64,000 nucleotides of DNA from Candidatus Eiseniibacteriota bacterium (GCA_020633975.1 JACKCR010000009.1:155119-219118), one strand, 5' to 3'; positions 21,478-31,691 are shown, counted from the first letter of the stretch. A program made the numbers and translations. Notes: generated by a model not told the origin, from the sequence alone.

Positions 21478-21804
21478 GTGGTGCTCCGTGGATCGTGCCG
21501 ATCCAGAGTCGAGTTCGCTTCGATGTCTACGCCACAGGCTGTCCTTCCAACTCGTTACTCCTCGACTCTCTGGACCCCGTCGCGGCGATTCCTCCCGCGA
21601 CCATCCTCAGTGGGTCCCTTCCTGGTCTCGATCGCTCCTGTCGAATCCGCGCTCTCAACACCAGGAGGAGAATTGCGGTTCCGCGTTTCCCTCGCGGTTG
21701 TCAATGAGACCCGACACCAGTCAGCGAAGTCACATCGCGCGGTGCGGACTCCCGAGAAGTCCACACCGCGCGATTTGGGAACCGAGCCAGAAGGGCAGGA
21801 ATTC

Positions 21805-22896
21805 CTATAGGAACCGGTAGGTGAAGCCGATGGCCATCGTCTGCTTGAACTGACCAGCCTTCCGCGTCGCGACCCGCAGGTCACTCGCGTTCTTCACCGT
21901 ACCGTCCTCATTGAAGACTGGTACGACGGAGTTGTCGTACTTGTCGTAGAGCCAACGAAGGTAGAGGTTCACCGAAACGATCTTCGTGATCTGCGTCGAG
22001 AAGATGTTCTCCCAGTCGAGATCTGCAACCGTCGTGAAGTCCTTGATGTCCGGATCGATTCCCGACGTAGCGAAGTTCGAAGCATCGAGCAGCATGTCGA
22101 AGTCGTCCGACGCGGAATAGAAGACCGGCTGGAAGGCCGTGAACTTCGAGGTGTAGGTCACCTTGTCTTCCAGGATCTTGTTCTTGTAGTCCAAGACGAA
22201 CTCGAGACCACCGTCGTTGGTGAACTCGCTATCGGTCGTCGTGTCGGTCGGGAACGGATTCTCCGACGTCGGCTGCACCACGAACTGCTTGCGCAAGTTC
22301 TGGCGGAAGGAGAAACCGAGACGGGTGATCAGGTTGAGGTCCTCTTCGTCGAGGAACACCTTCGCCACACCCGCGGTCTCCTTGAACTTCATCGGGTTGA
22401 TCGCGAGCGTTCGGCCGGCCGGATCCGTCGCGTCCTGGAACTGGCTCTCGAACCGGCCCGCGAGGAACGGGTCGACGACGCCACCCAGCGTGAAGCGGAA
22501 GATCGTTTCGTAGTCGATGAGGTCCGTCGACTTCTCCGGACGATCCCAAGCACGTTCGCCGTTCGGGCCGACCGACTGCTGGTGCGTCTGGCCGTAGGCG
22601 AGCTTCAGCGTGTTGTTCCAGTTGATCTTCGGCTTGATCTGATTCTCGGCGGTTCCGTTGACGATCGCCGTCCAGACGATCGAGCCCTTGTCTCCACCCG
22701 ACCAGTTGTCGCTGTACGAACTCTGGGTGAGTTGAAGACCGCCCTCGAGCGTCGGATACCACTTGCCGACTTCGAGTACCTTCTTCTCATCACCATCGCC
22801 ACCATCCTGGGCGAGGGCCAGATCGACTCCGGCGGCCGTGAGCAGAAGGCCGCACGCCGAAAGGCCGAGCCACCAAGTCCTGTTTGACGTGGTCAA
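21805..22896 (-). CDS. Outer-membrane beta-barrel protein (putative porin, DUF3078-like)
   Basis: Signal peptide (LLLTAAGVDLALAQD), alternating amphipathic beta-strand pattern, and a C-terminal aromatic residue (GFTYRFL) of the kind the BAM machinery recognises. Confidence 0.55.
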   Translation of the reverse strand: MTTSNRTWWLGLSACGLLLTAAGVDLALAQDGGDGDEKKVLEVGKWYPTLEGGLQLTQSSYSDNWSGGDKGSIVWTAIVNGTAENQIKPKINWNNTLKLAYGQTHQQSVGPNGERAWDRPEKSTDLIDYETIFRFTLGGVVDPFLAGRFESQFQDATDPAGRTLAINPMKFKETAGVAKVFLDEEDLNLITRLGFSFRQNLRKQFVVQPTSENPFPTDTTTDSEFTNDGGLEFVLDYKNKILEDKVTYTSKFTAFQPVFYSASDDFDMLLDASNFATSGIDPDIKDFTTVADLDWENIFSTQITKIVSVNLYLRWLYDKYDNSVVPVFNEDGTVKNASDLRVATRKAGQFKQTMAIGFTYRFL

Positions 22897-23136
22897 AACT
22901 AGTTGCCTCCGTTTGACTTAGATCCAAGACGAGCCCCAACGCACACCATCCGGCCAGGGCCCCATCGACAGTGCCGGGGTACAGGCAGCAGACATCGCGC
23001 TGACCCGGAACAGCAGTCGTCTCCCCTCCGACACGGCCCGATCGGAAGGAGTCACAGACGGCCGGACGGGAATGGAACGGCAGGGACCAGTGGGTTGCAA
23101 GCGGTTTCGTTCCCGCGCTCTCGTGCCGGGCAGACC

Positions 23137-24699
23137 CTACGTGATGGGCTTTCGAGCGCAGACGAGCCAGCCGTGGACAGACTCCCCGACTTCCATCCGC
23201 AGCACCTCGGGGAGGACGGTCGGATTCTCGAAGTTGGAGCCACGTAATGCTTTGTGGATATGAGACTTGGCGTGAACGTAGCGCCCGTGGAACTGGAGCC
23301 GATAAGGCGGTTCGTCACCGGAACGGCCCGGCTCGTCTTCGGACGCGGAGTCACGGACGGCATCCAGCGACTCGACCGTGAAGACGAACCAACCGCCCGG
23401 ACGCAGCGCGTGCCAGGCAGCCTGGGTCACCTGGGATAGGTCTCCGAAGTAGCAGAGGGTATCGGCCGAAACGACCGCGTCGTAGGCAACCGGGTGCTCC
23501 TCGAGAAAGGCGGTGAGTTCCGCCACCACGAGTTCGTCGTACCCCCGGCCCTCCGCCTTCTTCAGCATGCCCGCCGATAGGTCGACTCCGACGAGTCGAC
23601 GGCAGAGCGGGGTCAGATACGGACCGCAGAGCCCCGTCCCGCATCCCGCGTCGAGGATCGTGTCGAGCCTACGAAAGGGCTCCGCGCTGGTGGCATCGGA
23701 TGGATCCGGCGCGTCGTCACGGTTCGCCGCGCTGCCACGGTCCGGTGCGTCGGGTCCGTTCCAACCGAGTGAACGCTGCAGCATCGCACCGACCTTCTCC
23801 GGCGCCTGGTACTGCAGCTCCGCGAGGTGTTCGTCGAAGCTGTCTGCGTGCTCGTCGAAGTGTGTGCTGACGAACTCATCGGAAGCGCGGACGACAGACT
23901 CCGTGATCCCGAACGCGGCAGCCAAGTGCTGGGCCGTGGCGTTGTCAGGATCGTACGCAAGCCACTCTCGGACGGCGGCGCGAGCGTCGTCTTCCTGGCC
24001 CGCTCTCCACAAAGCTTGGCTGAGGTTCTGGTAGTCGCGCGCGGCGTCCGGCTTGAGTTCGATTGCTTTGCGGAAGCAGACGGCGGCTTGCGCATGGTGT
24101 CCCGCTCGACGGAACACGTTTCCGAGGTTCTGGTGCGCGTCGGCGTGATCGGGAGAGATCCGGATCGCGTTCCGGAACGCATCCCCGGCCTCGTTCCATC
24201 GGCCGGAGCGCTTGTAGAGCGTTCCTAGATTGTTCCACGCATCTGCCGATGCATCGGGCGCGAGCGTGATCGCCTGCTCGAACGCAGTGCGCGCCTCGTC
24301 CGACCGCCCTCGCTCCATGAGAATCCGGCCGAGGTTGTTGTGCATGTCCGCGTGCTCCGGATGGAGCGCGATTGCGGACTGGATCCTCTCGATCGCCTCA
24401 TCGCTCCGGCCGAGCTGGTGAGTGACGACGCCGAGGAAGTGCAACGCATCTGGCTGGTCGGGTACGGCCTCGAGCACCTTGCCGTAGATGTACTCCGCCT
24501 CGGCGAGTCGCCCTGCGCGGTGATGACGGATGCCCATCTCCACCGCTTCCTGGACGGAGATCTCACGGACCTGCACGGATCCCGTCGGGTCCTCGTGACG
24601 ATCGGTCGACCCTTCCGCGTCATCGCCACCATTCGGTGATTCGGTAGGGCGTTCGCGTTCTGGGTCTGTCTCGGGTGTCTGCTCCGGAGAGTCCGTCAT
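23137..24699 (-). CDS. TPR-repeat protein fused to a class I SAM-dependent methyltransferase domain
   Basis: About 7 TPR repeats (e.g. AEAEYIYGKVLEAVPDQPDALHFLGVV, AIALHPEHADMHNNLGRI), then MTase motif I LDAGCGTGLCG and a post-I acidic VGVDLS. Confidence 0.8.
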   Translation of the reverse strand: MTDSPEQTPETDPERERPTESPNGGDDAEGSTDRHEDPTGSVQVREISVQEAVEMGIRHHRAGRLAEAEYIYGKVLEAVPDQPDALHFLGVVTHQLGRSDEAIERIQSAIALHPEHADMHNNLGRILMERGRSDEARTAFEQAITLAPDASADAWNNLGTLYKRSGRWNEAGDAFRNAIRISPDHADAHQNLGNVFRRAGHHAQAAVCFRKAIELKPDAARDYQNLSQALWRAGQEDDARAAVREWLAYDPDNATAQHLAAAFGITESVVRASDEFVSTHFDEHADSFDEHLAELQYQAPEKVGAMLQRSLGWNGPDAPDRGSAANRDDAPDPSDATSAEPFRRLDTILDAGCGTGLCGPYLTPLCRRLVGVDLSAGMLKKAEGRGYDELVVAELTAFLEEHPVAYDAVVSADTLCYFGDLSQVTQAAWHALRPGGWFVFTVESLDAVRDSASEDEPGRSGDEPPYRLQFHGRYVHAKSHIHKALRGSNFENPTVLPEVLRMEVGESVHGWLVCARKPIT

Positions 24700-24793
24700 G
24701 TGCGCCTCCCTTTGCGGGAGAGACTAGCACGTCGTCACACGGCCAAAGCCCCGACGACACAATGCGTGTCGTTGCAGAAGCGGCCTACCGCGG

Positions 24794-25363
24794 TCAGACT
24801 TCGCGGAACTGCGTCCAGAGCTTGGTGAACCGCCGCGCATAGACCTTGTCGTACGCGCGCTCGATCTCCGGGAAGTAGCGCTCGCAGCGTTCCTTCAACT
24901 GCACCTGCTCGCGCTCGATTTCCTGCCGCGAGTAGCTCGTCGCGGAGATGAGGTAGCAGATCCGATCCGCGCGACGCTGGAGTTCCTTCGCCTTCCGCTC
25001 GTCATCCAGCTCCCAGGAGAACCGGAGGTCGTACTGATACGGCCAGTCGAACTCGGGAAGCGATCCGGTACTCCTCGCCTCGAGCTCTGCTCTGAGATCC
25101 TGCCACTCGGCGTCCGACAGTTCGATCCCCTTGCGACTCGATGGGTCAGGCGAGGTCCACTCAGGAGCGACCCGCTCTCGACTGAGGGGGGTGTCCGATC
25201 CTGTCGTCGCGGCAGCGGACGAGTGGTCGTGGCCGTGTCCGCCCGTTGGGTCTTCCGTCGGCTTTCCGACGATCGCGCCACATCGGCACCAGAAGGGGAT
25301 GCCGAACTCGAACAGGTAGAGCGGATAGGGTTCTGTGCAGACTGGGCAAGTGATGATGCGCAT
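24794..25363 (-). CDS. Hypothetical protein with an N-terminal CPxC...CRCG zinc ribbon
   Basis: The internal ATG at 25363 gives MRIITCPVCTEPYP...WCRCGAIVG. Track ORF runs 24794..25510. Upstream of, and co-directional with, the TPR-MTase. Confidence 0.45.
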   Translation of the reverse strand: MRIITCPVCTEPYPLYLFEFGIPFWCRCGAIVGKPTEDPTGGHGHDHSSAAATTGSDTPLSRERVAPEWTSPDPSSRKGIELSDAEWQDLRAELEARSTGSLPEFDWPYQYDLRFSWELDDERKAKELQRRADRICYLISATSYSRQEIEREQVQLKERCERYFPEIERAYDKVYARRFTKLWTQFREV

Positions 25364-25634
25364 TCGCGTCCTACTCCCTTCGAAGCGCCTCGTGCTGGCC
25401 GGCCTTCCTGGCGCGTGCCTGCTAGGGTTTTCGGACGGAAGTCGTCGGACTGAACCCGGTCGGTCTCTCTTTTTGAGGGTTGTGGATCGGAAAATGTTCC
25501 GAAGCGGCAAGTGGGGACCGGCAACCGAATGTCAGTGCTGCATTTGCGAGGAAATGCCTTCCCTTTCGGGCCGTAGGGGCAAGGCATTGCCAACAGACGA
25601 CTTAGCGGGGCAGGTACATTTTCCGATCCACTGC

Positions 25635-27203
25635 CTACCGGAGACGAAGGAGTTTGGCGGAGCCTGGGCCGGACATCTCGCGGACGAAGTAGACGCCAGC
25701 GGGGAGCAGCCGACTCGCGTCATCCCGACCATCCCAGTCAGCCGTCCAGACACCCGCTTCACCTCGCGCGGCGGCAAGGCTCCGCACCGATCGGCCCATC
25801 GCGTCGGTGACGACCAGGACAGGCGATGTCGACGACCGCTCTGCGGCCCAGTCGCCCACAGGCGTCGACCATTGGACGGTGATGACCGCGTCGCGTCCGA
25901 GCGCTGACGGGTTCGGGGCGATCGAGATGGTGGTGGGGAGCGGGGAGGGAACTGAAGGCTCCACATCGGAGGCCTGCGGTTGGATCACGTTCCACGTTTC
26001 CAAGCCATCGACCCGACCCGTGCCGAGGAGTCCGTAGTAGGGGGCGTTCCCGGGTAGTTGGTAGATGTCGGCGACGCCATCCTGGATCAGCGAATCGGTC
26101 ACTGCTTTCGGCAGGGTCGGTGTCGCTCCGATGATGACCGCGGCTTGGCCGGAGACGAACGGTGCGGCGAACGAGGAGCCGGCGCCGAGGGCCCAGCCGT
26201 TGTCCAAGAACGGCGCGCGGATTCCGACGCCCGGGGCGGAAAGGCTGATCGTCGAGTGGAAGCTCGCGAAGTCCGCTTTGACGTCCAGAGTGTCGAGCGC
26301 AGCCACTCCGTGAACTCCTGGAAGAGAGGCGGGGAAGAAGGGTGGTTGCTCGATTCCCTGGTTTCCTCCTGCGGCCACGACTACGACGCCTGCGTCGATC
26401 GCGTAGCCGACACCACGGCCGAGTGCCTCGCACGGAGTCGTCAGCCCGAGGCTCAGGTTGATGACGTCGGCGCCCTGAGCGATGGCGTACTGGATGCCCT
26501 TGACGACGTCGAAGGTTCGGCCGACTCCCTCGTCGTCCACGACGCGAACGGGCAGGATGCGCGCGCCGGGCGCCGCGAGGTGAGCGATTCCCGCGACCAT
26601 CGTTCCGTGGCCTGCGCCCTCGTCTACCATCGAGTCGTTGTCATCGTCGATCCCGTTTCCGGTATCCGACGGGTCGTTGTCTTCGTCCACGAAGTCGTAG
26701 CCGGGGAGCACGCGACCGAGGAGGGCGGGGTGTGTGCCGTTCACACCGGTATCCAGGACCGCGATGATCGTCCCCGATCCGGTGGCGTGCTGGTGCAGCT
26801 CGTTCAGGTGGATCCGGGAATAGACGTCTTGGTCCTCGTAGTCCTCGATGGTGCCGCCGACGAGACCGACGACCATGGCGCGAAGGGCTTCGGGCGTGGT
26901 GTTGAGGTAGGACGGCTCGGCCCACACGATGCGCGGGTCTAGTGCCATCTCGTCGATGAGCAGCCAGACGTTGCCGGTGTTCACGGCGAGGAGGTGGAGT
27001 GGTTCGGCCGCATCCTCGGAGGTAGTGCCGTAGTCGTTGTTGATGTCCTCGATGAGAACGCCGGGCGCGAGTTCACACTGGATGTGGTCGTCTTCGTAGT
27101 CGAGGAATGCGCTCGCCGTGGTCGGGAACTCGAGCCACGCGACGATCGCCAGCAGAATCGTGAGCGCGACGACACGCGCAACTCTCGGAGGCCTGGTCAT
27201 CAT
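25635..27203 (-). CDS. Secreted S8 (subtilisin-family) serine peptidase with a Por/FlgD-like C-terminal sorting/Ig domain
   Basis: Catalytic triad contexts VLDTGV (Asp), HGTMVAGI (His), GSSFAAPFVSG (Ser). Signal peptide MMTRPPRVARVVALTILLAIVAWL. C-terminus WDGRDDASRLLPAGVYFVRE...AKLLRLR matches the T9SS-CTD/FlgD-Ig pattern. The ATG at 27203 overlaps the CHAT stop (ATGA). Confidence 0.85.
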   Translation of the reverse strand: MMTRPPRVARVVALTILLAIVAWLEFPTTASAFLDYEDDHIQCELAPGVLIEDINNDYGTTSEDAAEPLHLLAVNTGNVWLLIDEMALDPRIVWAEPSYLNTTPEALRAMVVGLVGGTIEDYEDQDVYSRIHLNELHQHATGSGTIIAVLDTGVNGTHPALLGRVLPGYDFVDEDNDPSDTGNGIDDDNDSMVDEGAGHGTMVAGIAHLAAPGARILPVRVVDDEGVGRTFDVVKGIQYAIAQGADVINLSLGLTTPCEALGRGVGYAIDAGVVVVAAGGNQGIEQPPFFPASLPGVHGVAALDTLDVKADFASFHSTISLSAPGVGIRAPFLDNGWALGAGSSFAAPFVSGQAAVIIGATPTLPKAVTDSLIQDGVADIYQLPGNAPYYGLLGTGRVDGLETWNVIQPQASDVEPSVPSPLPTTISIAPNPSALGRDAVITVQWSTPVGDWAAERSSTSPVLVVTDAMGRSVRSLAAARGEAGVWTADWDGRDDASRLLPAGVYFVREMSGPGSAKLLRLR

Positions 27204-30200
27204 TGGTCGACTCCTCCCAAAACTGCGAACGAGGCCCAGTGCCAAGGATGTGGGCGTGTCCGCATGAGTCGGCGCATGGCTGCTCCCAACGCTTCTGGAG
27301 CAGTCAGACCCGATGTTAGCTCTTCATAGAAGCAGTCCATGAGCTCCACGGTCGGCTCGTCCTGGATCGGCCAGAGCGAGGCGATGACGGTAGAGGCTCC
27401 TGCTTGGAGGAACCCTCGTGCGAGGCCGATCCACTCGTCCCCGGCCGGCGCAGAACCGCGGGCCGAGGAGCAGGCCGTGAGGACCACTGTCGATGAAGGC
27501 AGTTGCAAGTGTAACAGGTCGTGCACGTAGAGCGGCCCGTCGGCGAGCTCGATGAACGAATAAGCCGGGTTGTCGCGGCGCAGGGAGCCGTGGGCTGCCA
27601 GGTGGACGATTCCGGCCCCGGGCGTGTGGTTGAATATGTCCGATCGATCCGGATTGAGGTGGGCCATCGTCTTCGGCACCCGAAGGTGCCGAACCACATG
27701 CTGGACTTCGGTTTCGACCGCAGGCAGTTGGGAGGAAAGGACACCGGCCACGAACGCCGACCGTACCTCCCGGACCGGTACGGCCCGAGGGAGCTGCCCG
27801 AAGACGCGAGCGCTCGGGGAGACTGCGATATCCTGGGACTCGATCAGGTACCCGTCGGGGCCTCGGAGCGCGTGCAACGGGACCCGGTGGACCGGGCCAT
27901 GGGGCGAGACGATCCAGCCGCGCACCTCGGGAAGTCCCAGTCGAACGATCGGTTCCCAGAGGAGCGAGTAGAGCTCGGAGAGGATCGCATCGGTCGAACG
28001 GCCGAGGAGCATCATGGGATCGATCGTCTTGGGCTGGCCGATTCCGTTCGTGGCCGACCCAGTCTGAGATACCGACGCTGCCGCTGTGGCCGCACTGGTA
28101 GTGGTGGCCGTGGGCTCGGACAGGGCGACGGCGGTGGACGCGCCCCGGCTGCGAAGACTGGTCATCGCCGCGGCGCCCCACTGGAAGTCGAGACGGTCGC
28201 ACAGTGCGCGGACCCGCGTGCCGACGTCGTCCGCTAGACGGCACCAGCTGGTACCGGCAGCGGTGACGATCACAGCGAGCGCGAAGCTCGGGCCGACGTG
28301 ATAGCTCACCCATCCCCAGCCGTCCGGAAGCCGACCACGTACGAGTTCGAGCGGGGATGGTTCCGCGTGCGCATCCGGCCCCTGCGCAGCCGCGCGTTCG
28401 GCGCGTCGGCCGGGAAGTCGCTCCTCGAAGCGACGAAGGAGTCGGCTGTAGGCCACCTCTGCTTCCGCGAGACGGCCACGAAGCGTCTCTGCCTGCGTTC
28501 GCTCACCGACCGTACCGAGCTCGAGTCGCGACAGTCGCGTGTGGAGCCAGGAGAGGCGGTGCCTGGCGCGCTCGAGTTCCTCGTCTCCTTCTGGAGACTT
28601 CGCTTCTGCGCGGGAGGCGTTTCCGTCGGCGGTGAGGTACTGATTCGGATTCCGGAGTCTGTCCCAGAGGCTCTGCGCCCGGCTTCGCTCCATCGCGTCG
28701 AAGAGTCGATCGACCGACGGAGTGCGCCTGGTGAGTTCGAGACCGATGAGTCGGTCGTAGAGGTGCGTCTTGTCTTGGAGGAACGAGAGTTTCGAGTCCT
28801 CCGTGGGGATGCGCACACGGAGGTCTTCCAGACACGCCAAGGCTTCGCGATACGCGCGTTCTGCGTCCGCCTTCTTGCCGCTCTCGTCGAGAACTTCACC
28901 CAACATCTCGAGCAGGCGATAGCTCTGGAGCGGATAGAGGTTGCGCGGCAACTTCTCGAGCATGCGCCGGAGCATGCCGGCCGGGCTCTTCGCGCGACGG
29001 CGTTTCACCCGAAGCCGGGCGAGCAGAACGGACGACGCGGCTTCCCACCTGGGAAGGCCGAGCTTTCGGAAGCGACGGATCGCTTCGGTGACGTGCTGCT
29101 CGGACTCGCTGTAGCGCTGCCTCAGGAAGAGTGCCTCGGCCCAGATGAGCCGGATGTAGGCCGAGCGGGCTGCGTTCTCGTCCTTGTCGAACAGCCTACG
29201 CGCACGGCGGATCTGCCGCAGCGCGGGACGGATCTCTCCCATCGCGAGCGCCGTGATCGCCGTCTGACACTGGGCGAGGGCTTCGTCGTAGGTGAGTCCG
29301 ATCCCGGCGAAAACCTCTGCCGCTTCGGACGCGAGCTCGTTCGCCTCTCGGTGGAGGTTCAGCTGGTAATAGACCTCCGCTCGGTTGAGCAGGCACGCGC
29401 CGAGGAACGCTGGGTGGTCCGTCTTTCGGAAGTAGTCCGTTGCTTGCGTCAGGCGTTGGAGGGCGCGATCGAACTCGCTTCGTAGGCAGTGGACGTCACC
29501 CGCATTCATCCGAATCTGTGCGAGCAGGAGTTCGAGCTCGCGCTCCGTGCACTCGGACTCGAGTTCCTCGTAGAGTTCGAGCGCCTCTTCATCACGATCG
29601 ACATGACCGAGGACGACCGCGCGGTTGACCTCGACGGACAAGACGGTTTCGTCACGTTCCGCGATCCGGTCGAGGATGGCGAGGCCCTTGTCGTATGCCT
29701 CGAGCGCTTCGTTGTAGCGATCCCGTTGGAAACGGGCGTTGCCGAGGTTGATCCCCAGCTTCGCGAGGTAGAGGTCGTCGCCTGCGTCTTCGAGCAGACT
29801 TCGCGCTTCGGCCGCGAGCTCTTCGACGAGGTCGTGCCGTCCGAGAAGTGTGGCGACGTGGATCCGCCCGACCAGGAGCTGTCCCAGTGCGGCCGATTCC
29901 TTCGCCGTCCGCCAGGCAGCCGTAGCGAGGGCGTACTCGTCCTCGGCTTCGTTCATCCGTCCGGAGTAGAGGAGTGCTTCGGCGAGGATCCTGTGTCCCC
30001 AACCGATGGCGCGAGGCTCATCGATGAGGTCGGCAAGCTCGACGGCGCGACGCCCGATGTTGCGGGCCTCGCGTGCGTCGGTGCTGTAGTACCGGAGGGC
30101 TTCGTCTCTCAGGTCGCGCACCCATCGCCACGCTTCACCGGGAAGACCGTCAGTGACGAGGCGGGCAAGCTCCGCCGAGGGGACCTGTCGGATCCGCGCG

Positions 30201-30223
30201 ATGTCGAGAGGCGCGGCGGTCAC
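27200..30223 (-). CDS. TPR-repeat CHAT-domain (caspase-like) protease, 1007 aa, no signal peptide
   Basis: N-terminal two-thirds are TPR-like helical repeats. C-terminal CHAT domain has an intact His/Cys dyad (VHLAAHGSLRRDNP and VLTACSSARG). Start overlaps the upstream stop (30223/30227). Confidence 0.85.
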   Translation of the reverse strand: MTAAPLDIARIRQVPSAELARLVTDGLPGEAWRWVRDLRDEALRYYSTDAREARNIGRRAVELADLIDEPRAIGWGHRILAEALLYSGRMNEAEDEYALATAAWRTAKESAALGQLLVGRIHVATLLGRHDLVEELAAEARSLLEDAGDDLYLAKLGINLGNARFQRDRYNEALEAYDKGLAILDRIAERDETVLSVEVNRAVVLGHVDRDEEALELYEELESECTERELELLLAQIRMNAGDVHCLRSEFDRALQRLTQATDYFRKTDHPAFLGACLLNRAEVYYQLNLHREANELASEAAEVFAGIGLTYDEALAQCQTAITALAMGEIRPALRQIRRARRLFDKDENAARSAYIRLIWAEALFLRQRYSESEQHVTEAIRRFRKLGLPRWEAASSVLLARLRVKRRRAKSPAGMLRRMLEKLPRNLYPLQSYRLLEMLGEVLDESGKKADAERAYREALACLEDLRVRIPTEDSKLSFLQDKTHLYDRLIGLELTRRTPSVDRLFDAMERSRAQSLWDRLRNPNQYLTADGNASRAEAKSPEGDEELERARHRLSWLHTRLSRLELGTVGERTQAETLRGRLAEAEVAYSRLLRRFEERLPGRRAERAAAQGPDAHAEPSPLELVRGRLPDGWGWVSYHVGPSFALAVIVTAAGTSWCRLADDVGTRVRALCDRLDFQWGAAAMTSLRSRGASTAVALSEPTATTTSAATAAASVSQTGSATNGIGQPKTIDPMMLLGRSTDAILSELYSLLWEPIVRLGLPEVRGWIVSPHGPVHRVPLHALRGPDGYLIESQDIAVSPSARVFGQLPRAVPVREVRSAFVAGVLSSQLPAVETEVQHVVRHLRVPKTMAHLNPDRSDIFNHTPGAGIVHLAAHGSLRRDNPAYSFIELADGPLYVHDLLHLQLPSSTVVLTACSSARGSAPAGDEWIGLARGFLQAGASTVIASLWPIQDEPTVELMDCFYEELTSGLTAPEALGAAMRRLMRTRPHPWHWASFAVLGGVDQ

Positions 30224-30226
30224 CCG

Positions 30227-30898
30227 CTACCCCTCTTCGTGCGAGGGAATCCGGAAGGGTACGAGCCTCAGGGAATCCTTCCCCATGTCCAGCTCGATCC
30301 GAATCTCACCGTCTTCGACATCCGTGAAGTGGAACTGGGCACCTGGGTCGAGATGCGTGGACGTCGTGCCTCGCTCCGTGGTGGCGCGGGCTTCGATCTC
30401 GGCGTCGAGCAGATCCAGGTGGAGCGGGACGAACTGCCCCATGACGGAGTGTCCCCGCTCGCTGCGATCGATCTGGAGGTGAACGTCACCGAGCTCGGAA
30501 GAGAAGTGGAGTTGCCGAGGCTGGAACGCCGCAGAACCACGAATGCCCTGCATGGCGGCTCCGGCGAACGTATCGCCGACGAGCTGGGCCTCGATGATCC
30601 GGACCGCGTCCCGGAGGGCGTCCTTCGCACGCTCCAGCAGGCTCGGAGCCGGAGCGAGACCACGCTCGAGTTCCATGATCCGGGCGACGGCGGCGTCGAT
30701 CCAAGGACGGGGTGTCGCAACCTCGGCTACGTCCTGGATCTGAGCCAGGAGGGAACGAACCTGGTTCAGGGCAACGGGATCGTCCGCCAACTCTTCGCGT
30801 AGGGAGTTCAGGACGTCGCGGAGGTCCTGCTCGCTACCGGTACGGGCCGCGCGTGCTAGGGCGGCTGCAAAGATCTTGTCGGCGTCGTTCGTGGTCAT
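30227..30898 (-). CDS. Hypothetical 223-aa acidic cytoplasmic protein (helical N-half, beta-rich C-half, no Cys, no TM); candidate sigma-factor partner
   Basis: Internal ATG at 30898 (MTTNDADKIF...) chosen because the longer track ORF (to 31222) would overlap the ECF sigma gene by 160 nt. Translationally coupled to the CHAT gene. Confidence 0.5.
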   Translation of the reverse strand: MTTNDADKIFAAALARAARTGSEQDLRDVLNSLREELADDPVALNQVRSLLAQIQDVAEVATPRPWIDAAVARIMELERGLAPAPSLLERAKDALRDAVRIIEAQLVGDTFAGAAMQGIRGSAAFQPRQLHFSSELGDVHLQIDRSERGHSVMGQFVPLHLDLLDAEIEARATTERGTTSTHLDPGAQFHFTDVEDGEIRIELDMGKDSLRLVPFRIPSHEEG

Positions 30899-31058
30899 GG
30901 CACATCTCCGTGATCCTGCAAACAACCGTTCGGCATGGCGCCTGGTCTGCCACTGCAGGGGGCCCCGAATTCGATCAGTTGTCGCTCCGGACGCCGTCCT
31001 GATACGCACGGGTTCGGATTGGCGTGCCACTCGGCGGCTCTCCGCGGGATAGCCCCCA

Positions 31059-31691
31059 TCACTCGCCGCCCTCCCATCCACCTTCCTCGAGGAAGGTGCG
31101 GAGCTTGTCGAGACATCTGGCGCGGGTCGGCCCGATGCTTCCGATCGGAATCCCGTCGCGGCGCGAGATGGTTTCATAGTCCGGCGGAGGATCCTCGAAG
31201 AAGAGCGAGTGCAACAGCACACGGCACCGACCGGTCAGGTGTTCGACGGCCTCCCGCACCTGTTGGATTTCGATGAGCCGACTGCGCTCCGAATCCGGGA
31301 GCTCGAGATCTGCGACGTGCGTCTCGAGGTCCACATCCGGTACGGTGAGATCACGAGTTCGCACCCGGATCCTGTTGATCGCCTGACGATGCGCGATTCC
31401 CACGATCCAGGAGACGAGCCGCTCGGGCTCGCGGAGTTTCGGGAGCTGTTGGTGGATCGCGACGATCGAGGACTGAAACGCCTCTTCGACGTCTTCCTCC
31501 GGCAGCTGCACACGCAGGATCGTGGCGTAGATCAGATTGGCGTAACGCTCGACGAACTCCGACCACGCGGCCTCCTCGTGCGCGAGACAACGGGCCACGA
31601 GTAGCTCGGGTCTTGGATTCTGCACGCTCCCTGGGTTCGTGGACTTGGATTCTGCACGACGGGAGCCGATCGAACGCGGGCGTCGAGGCAT
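31059..31691 (-). CDS. ECF-type (sigma-70 family) RNA polymerase sigma factor
   Basis: Region 2 (YANLIYATILRV, DVEEAFQSSIVAIHQQL, WIVGIAHRQAINRIR) and region 4 (LTGRCRVLLHSLFFEDPPPDYETISRRDGIPIGSIGPTRARCLDKLR). Confidence 0.8.
   Translation of the reverse strand: MPRRPRSIGSRRAESKSTNPGSVQNPRPELLVARCLAHEEAAWSEFVERYANLIYATILRVQLPEEDVEEAFQSSIVAIHQQLPKLREPERLVSWIVGIAHRQAINRIRVRTRDLTVPDVDLETHVADLELPDSERSRLIEIQQVREAVEHLTGRCRVLLHSLFFEDPPPDYETISRRDGIPIGSIGPTRARCLDKLRTFLEEGGWEGGE

Noticed and set aside
29489-30802. 437-aa plus-strand ORF, and 28298..29485 + (395 aa)
   Set aside because: Both lie antisense within the CHAT-TPR and 223-aa genes. The sense-strand products have clear domain content, and these do not.
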